Source of the DNA: a virus
Taxonomy: Duplodnaviria; Caudoviricetes
Virus record (IMG/VR): IMGVR_UViG_3300035198_000074
Coordinates: 1-60,264 of that record
Length of the DNA stretch: 60,264 nucleotides
Strand: one strand, 5' to 3'
Shown here: piece by piece, positions 56,381 to 60,264 of the stretch
Numbering within the stretch: position 1 is the first letter of the stretch
How the letters are laid out: each line of letters starts with the position of its first letter
Notes under the pieces: model-generated
What the model saw: the letters and a program-made list of their open reading frames with translations, nothing else
Told to the model about the DNA's origin: nothing
Database searches by the model: none
Made by a program: the position numbers and the translations under genes

Positions 56381-57011
56381 ATTGGATGGTAATTTTTACG
56401 TAATAAATGGTAAGAAATATCCTCGATTATCGGCAATTGTGGAGCAAGTACCTAATATTGCTCTGCGCAATTGGAAAAAGCGGGTAGGGGAAGATGCAGC
56501 AAGGGAAATAAGTGAGGAAGCCTCTACCTGGGGCAGTAAAGTGCATAAGATTACGGAATATCATGATCATCAAGATTGTATAAAAATTGATGATATGTTG
56601 AATGAAATTGGAGGCAAAAATCTTCTTATACCTTTACTTGCGTGGGAGTCATGGGTAGAAAAATTTGTAAGCAAATGGGTCGCTATTGAGAAGATTGTAT
56701 GGTCAGAGGAGTTAAAGGTAGCTGGTACAATAGACCGAGTTGGAAGGCTTAAGGGAGATAAGTGTCTATCTATTTGCGATATTAAGACAGGGCATTTATA
56801 TGATGAGATAGGGATTAAGTTATTTGGGTATCGCCTCATGTGGAATGAGAGAAATCCTAAGAGAAAAGTGACAAGATGTTTAGCGGTGAATTTGCCCAGA
56901 GAATCTCCTGGGGAAGTAAAAATTAGGGAGTATATTGATAATAGCAAGAATCATTATGAGGAAAGATTCAGGCAACTCTGCAAAGATTACCATGCATTAA
57001 TAGGGAATTAA
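56370..57011 (+). CDS. PD-(D/E)XK exonuclease (Cas4/lambda-exo-like)
   Basis: YP..S, L.NW, GS.VH, E....S....AGTID...ICDIKTG. Confidence 0.8.
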   Translation: MPAKLDGNFYVINGKKYPRLSAIVEQVPNIALRNWKKRVGEDAAREISEEASTWGSKVHKITEYHDHQDCIKIDDMLNEIGGKNLLIPLLAWESWVEKFVSKWVAIEKIVWSEELKVAGTIDRVGRLKGDKCLSICDIKTGHLYDEIGIKLFGYRLMWNERNPKRKVTRCLAVNLPRESPGEVKIREYIDNSKNHYEERFRQLCKDYHALIGN

Positions 57012-57149
57012 TGAAAGTCACAAGGCTCATTTGTTATGAAGGGGAAGATGAGTGGATTCGCAAGACCCTCGAAAAGTCATTACTTAAGAAGATAGGAATA
57101 AATTTCCGAGTGGGATTTAACACGATTAAATTACTAAAGGAGGAAGTAT

Positions 57150-57626
57150 ATGGAGATAATCAAGGAAGCGGGAAGAATATTGAATCTGAAAATGAGTGGG
57201 GATAGCTGGGTAAGGGAAGCGGCCCCTATTTTAGTGGAAATAGTAAAGGAAGTAAAAGAATTGGAAACTCGAAAGAAGGAGGAATCGGAACCTTTTAGGG
57301 TTCAGATCAATGATATTGCCTCCAAATATAAGCCAGCCCTCGAACCTCTGCAAGAAATTGAGGCAAAATATAGAGAGAGGATGGTGAAAGAAGCGGAAAG
57401 TGGGGAGAGTGTTGCTTGCGAAAACGGGGGAAAGATTGCCTTTGCCGATTCGTGGAAATATCGGGTGGTGGATTTTGCCAAAGTGCCTAAAGAATTGCGG
57501 ATGGAAGTAGTGGATGATAAGGCAATTAGGGATATGATTAAGAAAGGGATAAGAAATATTAAGGGCATTGCAATTGAACAGGTAAGACAATTGAGGGTAT
57601 TTACAAAGGAGGATATAAATGAGTAA
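57150..57626 (+). CDS. Gp157/Gam-like coiled-coil protein
   Basis: WK..VVD..KVP.E...VD.KAI...IK.G...I.GI.I tail. Confidence 0.55.
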   Translation: MEIIKEAGRILNLKMSGDSWVREAAPILVEIVKEVKELETRKKEESEPFRVQINDIASKYKPALEPLQEIEAKYRERMVKEAESGESVACENGGKIAFADSWKYRVVDFAKVPKELRMEVVDDKAIRDMIKKGIRNIKGIAIEQVRQLRVFTKEDINE

Positions 57627-57860
57627 ATATGGACATATTATAGCATTAAATGCTATTTTAGCTGTTCTGGCTATATCTATCATTGCTTCTGCCTACCCCA
57701 AATTCATTGAATTGGTAAATGTGATGTGGGGATGCTTCGCCATGACTGTATTGAATTGTGTTATTTTGTTAATGATAACAATAGACCATGAAATTAAAGG
57801 ATAAGAAATGAGACTATTGAGTAAAGTACCAAAAATCAAACGAAAGGAGGCGACATAAAA

Positions 57861-58070
57861 GTGGATAGTATAATTGAAATGTATGAAAATGCTATTGATG
57901 TAGATACCGAAGGAAATCCTACGCATATAGAAGGATATTACCGAATATGTAAAGGATGCGGAATAAAAAATAAGGACACAGACACACATTGCACTTTATG
58001 TGGTTCTGGATTATACCCCCCAAAGAGGAGACTTTCTCTAATTGAGAAAGTTCAAAAGATATTCAAATGA
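57861..58070 (+). CDS. Zn-ribbon protein
   Basis: CKGCG..N......C..CG. Confidence 0.55.
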   Translation: MDSIIEMYENAIDVDTEGNPTHIEGYYRICKGCGIKNKDTDTHCTLCGSGLYPPKRRLSLIEKVQKIFK

Positions 58071-58204
58071 GTAAGGTCCAAGCATCTAAGCGTGCAAGAC
58101 ACCATAAGCGCCTGGGCCTGCACCATCCAAGTCATGTACCAGGCAAGGCATGGCAAAAGTTTGTGCAAAATAAGATGAAGGCATTGAAGGAAAGTTACCC
58201 AGAT

Positions 58205-58274
58205 TGCATATCGCATAATGCATAGGGCATAATGCATGATGCATATGGCATAATGCGTAATGCATATTGCATAA
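58205..58274 (+). repeat. 10 x 7-bp tandem repeat (consensus TGCATAA)
   Basis: tgcatat cgcataa tgcatag ggcataa tgcatga tgcatat ggcataa tgcgtaa tgcatat tgcataa. Confidence 0.9.
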
Positions 58275-58286
58275 GGAGATAGCAAA

Positions 58287-58469
58287 ATGAAGGATTTACT
58301 TCTCGGTATTATCATTGGTATTCTTGCTACATCCTTATCCTTTATGCTTATTTTCCAACAGAATCAGATTAGCACGCTCCAAGAGAAGCAAAAATCTATT
58401 ATTAAGGATGTGGATAGTTTGGCGTTAAAAATAGGGCCTCTTCATGTAGATAAGAAGGGAAAGAAATGA
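58287..58469 (+). CDS. small membrane protein
   Basis: AAGGAG RBS; N-terminal TM. Confidence 0.55.
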   Translation: MKDLLLGIIIGILATSLSFMLIFQQNQISTLQEKQKSIIKDVDSLALKIGPLHVDKKGKK

Positions 58470-58756
58470 TGAAAATACCTTTTTTCAGATTCAAACATAG
58501 ACTTTGGAATACCAAAGAAGAAAGGAGGATAATGATGGTTGGTATTGAAGACATTACTTTTTATGTAGAGATAGTAACTGGTTTAAAAGAAAACTTTCCT
58601 GAGCTTGTCCTTACTGAATCCTTCTTTGTGTTTCCTAAAACCGTAGAAGAAATACAAGAAAAGTATCAAGAATTATTAGATAGATTGGGATTAAAAGTCA
58701 AAAGAATAGCAAGGGTGAGATTGAAGGAGTTGAAAGAGAATGAGAATAAAGAGTGA
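58466..58756 (+). CDS. hypothetical protein
   Basis: In operon. Confidence 0.5.
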   Translation: MMKIPFFRFKHRLWNTKEERRIMMVGIEDITFYVEIVTGLKENFPELVLTESFFVFPKTVEEIQEKYQELLDRLGLKVKRIARVRLKELKENENKE

Positions 58757-58952
58757 AGACGTGGATCAGCTTCTGCTAAAAGAATTAGCAGACCTGATAC
58801 ATAATACAGCAGAGTTGCAAGGTTGGGGATGTTACCACCCTGGAGCTGGCTTAAGTTGTTGTATAGGAATGGCAAGAGTGATTATTAAATTTTTTGAGGA
58901 GAGAAAGAAATGAAGAAACTTGAAGAAAACTGTAACCAGCCTGGGGTGCGCC

Positions 58953-59258
58953 ATGAGGAGGCCGAGTCAGATGCGTGATAGAGAATATGAATTGATTAAT
59001 TGTATCAAGGAGATGGTTAACCAATTTGCCTATCAGTTGGATAATCCTCCAAGGATAACCACTGGTGGCTTAAGTGCCTTAGAGACGGCTTTCGATATTT
59101 TGGGATATTCAGATCCAGAGCCAGCGCCTGAGAGAGGATGTCAGTATGGGAAATGTCAAAGGTTTGCTACCTGTGGCGTACCAACGAAAAGCGGCTACAA
59201 GTTTGTGTGTAATAAGCACTTTAGAAAACTGTATAAGAGGTATGCAGGTCGGAGGTGA
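58953..59258 (+). CDS. hypothetical protein with C-terminal Zn finger
   Basis: QFAY...TGGLSALE.AF..LG; C..G.C...ATCG...C..H; start position uncertain. Confidence 0.6.
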   Translation: MRRPSQMRDREYELINCIKEMVNQFAYQLDNPPRITTGGLSALETAFDILGYSDPEPAPERGCQYGKCQRFATCGVPTKSGYKFVCNKHFRKLYKRYAGRR

Positions 59259-59335
59259 AAGCCATTCTCCGTCATTAAATGCAGGAACAACGATATCAGT
59301 GGAGAATCCTGCCCGACCTATCCTATTGGAAGGAG
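59238..59335 (+). repeat. intergenic hairpin element, copy 1
   Basis: GCAGGTCGG...AATCCTGCCCGACCTATCCTATTGGAAGGAG. Confidence 0.8.
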
Positions 59336-59341
59336 AAAAAG

Positions 59342-59512
59342 ATGGTTAAAGTAATTTGTGAAATGACGCAATGTATCTATTATATCCATAAGCCTGAAGA
59401 TGGAGAAGCCTATCAACATCAATGTGGAAATGATGAAATAGAAATCGGGTATGGTGGCCAATCAGCCTCTGGAGATGTTGCCAAATGCTATACTTTTGAA
59501 GAAAAGGAATAG
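59342..59512 (+). CDS. small Cys-rich protein (DUF1540-like)
   Basis: V.C....C.Y...C....I.I...A.C.TF. Confidence 0.6.
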   Translation: MVKVICEMTQCIYYIHKPEDGEAYQHQCGNDEIEIGYGGQSASGDVAKCYTFEEKE

Positions 59513-59517
59513 GAAGA

Positions 59518-59546
59518 AATTCTGCCCGACCTGCCTTAAATGAAAG
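59518..59546 (+). repeat. hairpin element copy 2 (right arm only)
   Basis: AATTCTGCCCGACCTGCCTTAAATGAAAG. Confidence 0.8.
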
Positions 59547-59672
59547 AAAAAAATGTTTGAAGAATTATTTACTGATAAAGAATTGGAAATTATAGATGAG
59601 ATAACTCAAGATATGGAGCCAGAGACAAAGCTGGCAACCGTATTTTTAATTGCTATTAAGGAAGGTAGGCTC

Positions 59673-59721
59673 TGAGGAGGAGTTGGTGGCTATCCTGCCA
59701 GTCCTGCCTTAATGAAAGGAG
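59673..59721 (+). repeat. hairpin element copy 3 (minimal)
   Basis: TGAGGAGGAGTTGGTGGC-TAT-CCTGCCAGTCCTGCCTTAATGAAAGGAG. Confidence 0.75.
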
Positions 59722-59728
59722 GTAATTT

Positions 59729-59929
59729 ATGTGTGATTCTACTCATGCTCACTTACAAGTTCCCCCCTGTCCAGAAAGTTATGATGGGAGACACGAATAT
59801 CTGGTCGACATCAGGACACAACTCAAATCAGAGATAGAAGATGAAATTAGTGTTGGATTAGTGTGTGTTTGTGGAGCGAGAGCAAGAGCATATTATAAGC
59901 TTGTAGAGATTAGTGAAGGGGAAGTGTGA
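59729..59929 (+). CDS. hypothetical protein
   Basis: AAAGGAGG RBS; CP..H...CVCG. Confidence 0.6.
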   Translation: MCDSTHAHLQVPPCPESYDGRHEYLVDIRTQLKSEIEDEISVGLVCVCGARARAYYKLVEISEGEV

Positions 59930-59986
59930 GCCGTTTGGATCGACATTGTGGGGAGTCGATCAACGGCTAAAAGAAAGGAGAAGAAA

Positions 59987-60151
59987 ATGGAAGAAAGAAG
60001 ACTTTATTTTTATCCCGACATTGAAAGAATTCTTGATAGATATGGAGAGCAAGAAGGAAAGGACGAGTTAGTTGAAAGATTGTTATTATATTTAGCATCC
60101 TTAGTTAGTGACAAAAAAGAAGAGAAGGTTGAAGAAGATGGAAGCAAGTGA
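59987..60151 (+). CDS. small hypothetical protein
   Basis: AAAGGAG RBS before MEERRL; overlaps the start of the repeated gene. Confidence 0.55.
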   Translation: MEERRLYFYPDIERILDRYGEQEGKDELVERLLLYLASLVSDKKEEKVEEDGSK

Positions 60152-60264
60152 AATTGAACAAGCACGTAAGAAACAATACATTCACAAGCGTGCAGAGGAC
60201 ATTAGAGCAAGTTGGTTATTGTTCTGTCTGGTTGGAATTCCCGTCTTAATTGTTTATCCTTTCT
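60138..60264 (+). repeat. 127-bp terminal repeat of 203-329
   Basis: Exact match. Confidence 0.95.

Noticed and set aside
59238-59721. Hairpin elements as integron attC sites
   Set aside because: There are no RYYYAAC/GTTRRRY boxes and no tyrosine recombinase in the window; kept only as an analogy.
1-60264. Prophage or temperate lifestyle; alternative genetic code
   Set aside because: I recognised no integrase, CI-like repressor, ParA or host flanks. TAA, TAG and TGA all end well-formed genes and coding density is high under the standard code.

Overview
The window looks like an essentially complete ~60 kb tailed dsDNA phage genome, probably podovirus-like: it has portal, adaptor, nozzle and ejection proteins and no tape-measure or sheath gene. 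The last 127 bp (60138-60264) repeat 203-329 exactly, which closes a circle and leaves 1-202 as an alternative upstream branch. Two arms diverge from 51447-51736. The + strand early/replication arm is driven from a sigma54-type promoter and carries small genes, a beta-clamp-like protein, DUF3560, a PD-(D/E)XK nuclease, an AAA helicase with a putative origin, SSB, a Sak4-like ATPase and an ERCC4 nuclease. The - strand late arm carries terS, terL, portal, scaffold, capsid, tail, ejection and lysis genes. I recognised no integrase, repressor, DNA polymerase or primase. The best candidate for a new system is in the virion module: a 7-enzyme glycosylation cluster (6 glycosyltransferase domains, a methyltransferase and an epimerase-like protein, plus 3 paralogous small proteins) sits among four virion genes carrying long mucin/extensin-like (Ser-Pro-Ser-X)n tracts with shared terminal motifs, suggesting a phage-built glycan coat. 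Other notable items are a family of hairpin elements punctuating a variable early gene-cassette array, an ATP-grasp / AdoMetDC-like / zincin-like gene triad among the ejection genes, a Tad2-family moron, and a 13.5/27-bp phased array between terS and terL. All family calls come from motif recognition by eye; no database searches were run.
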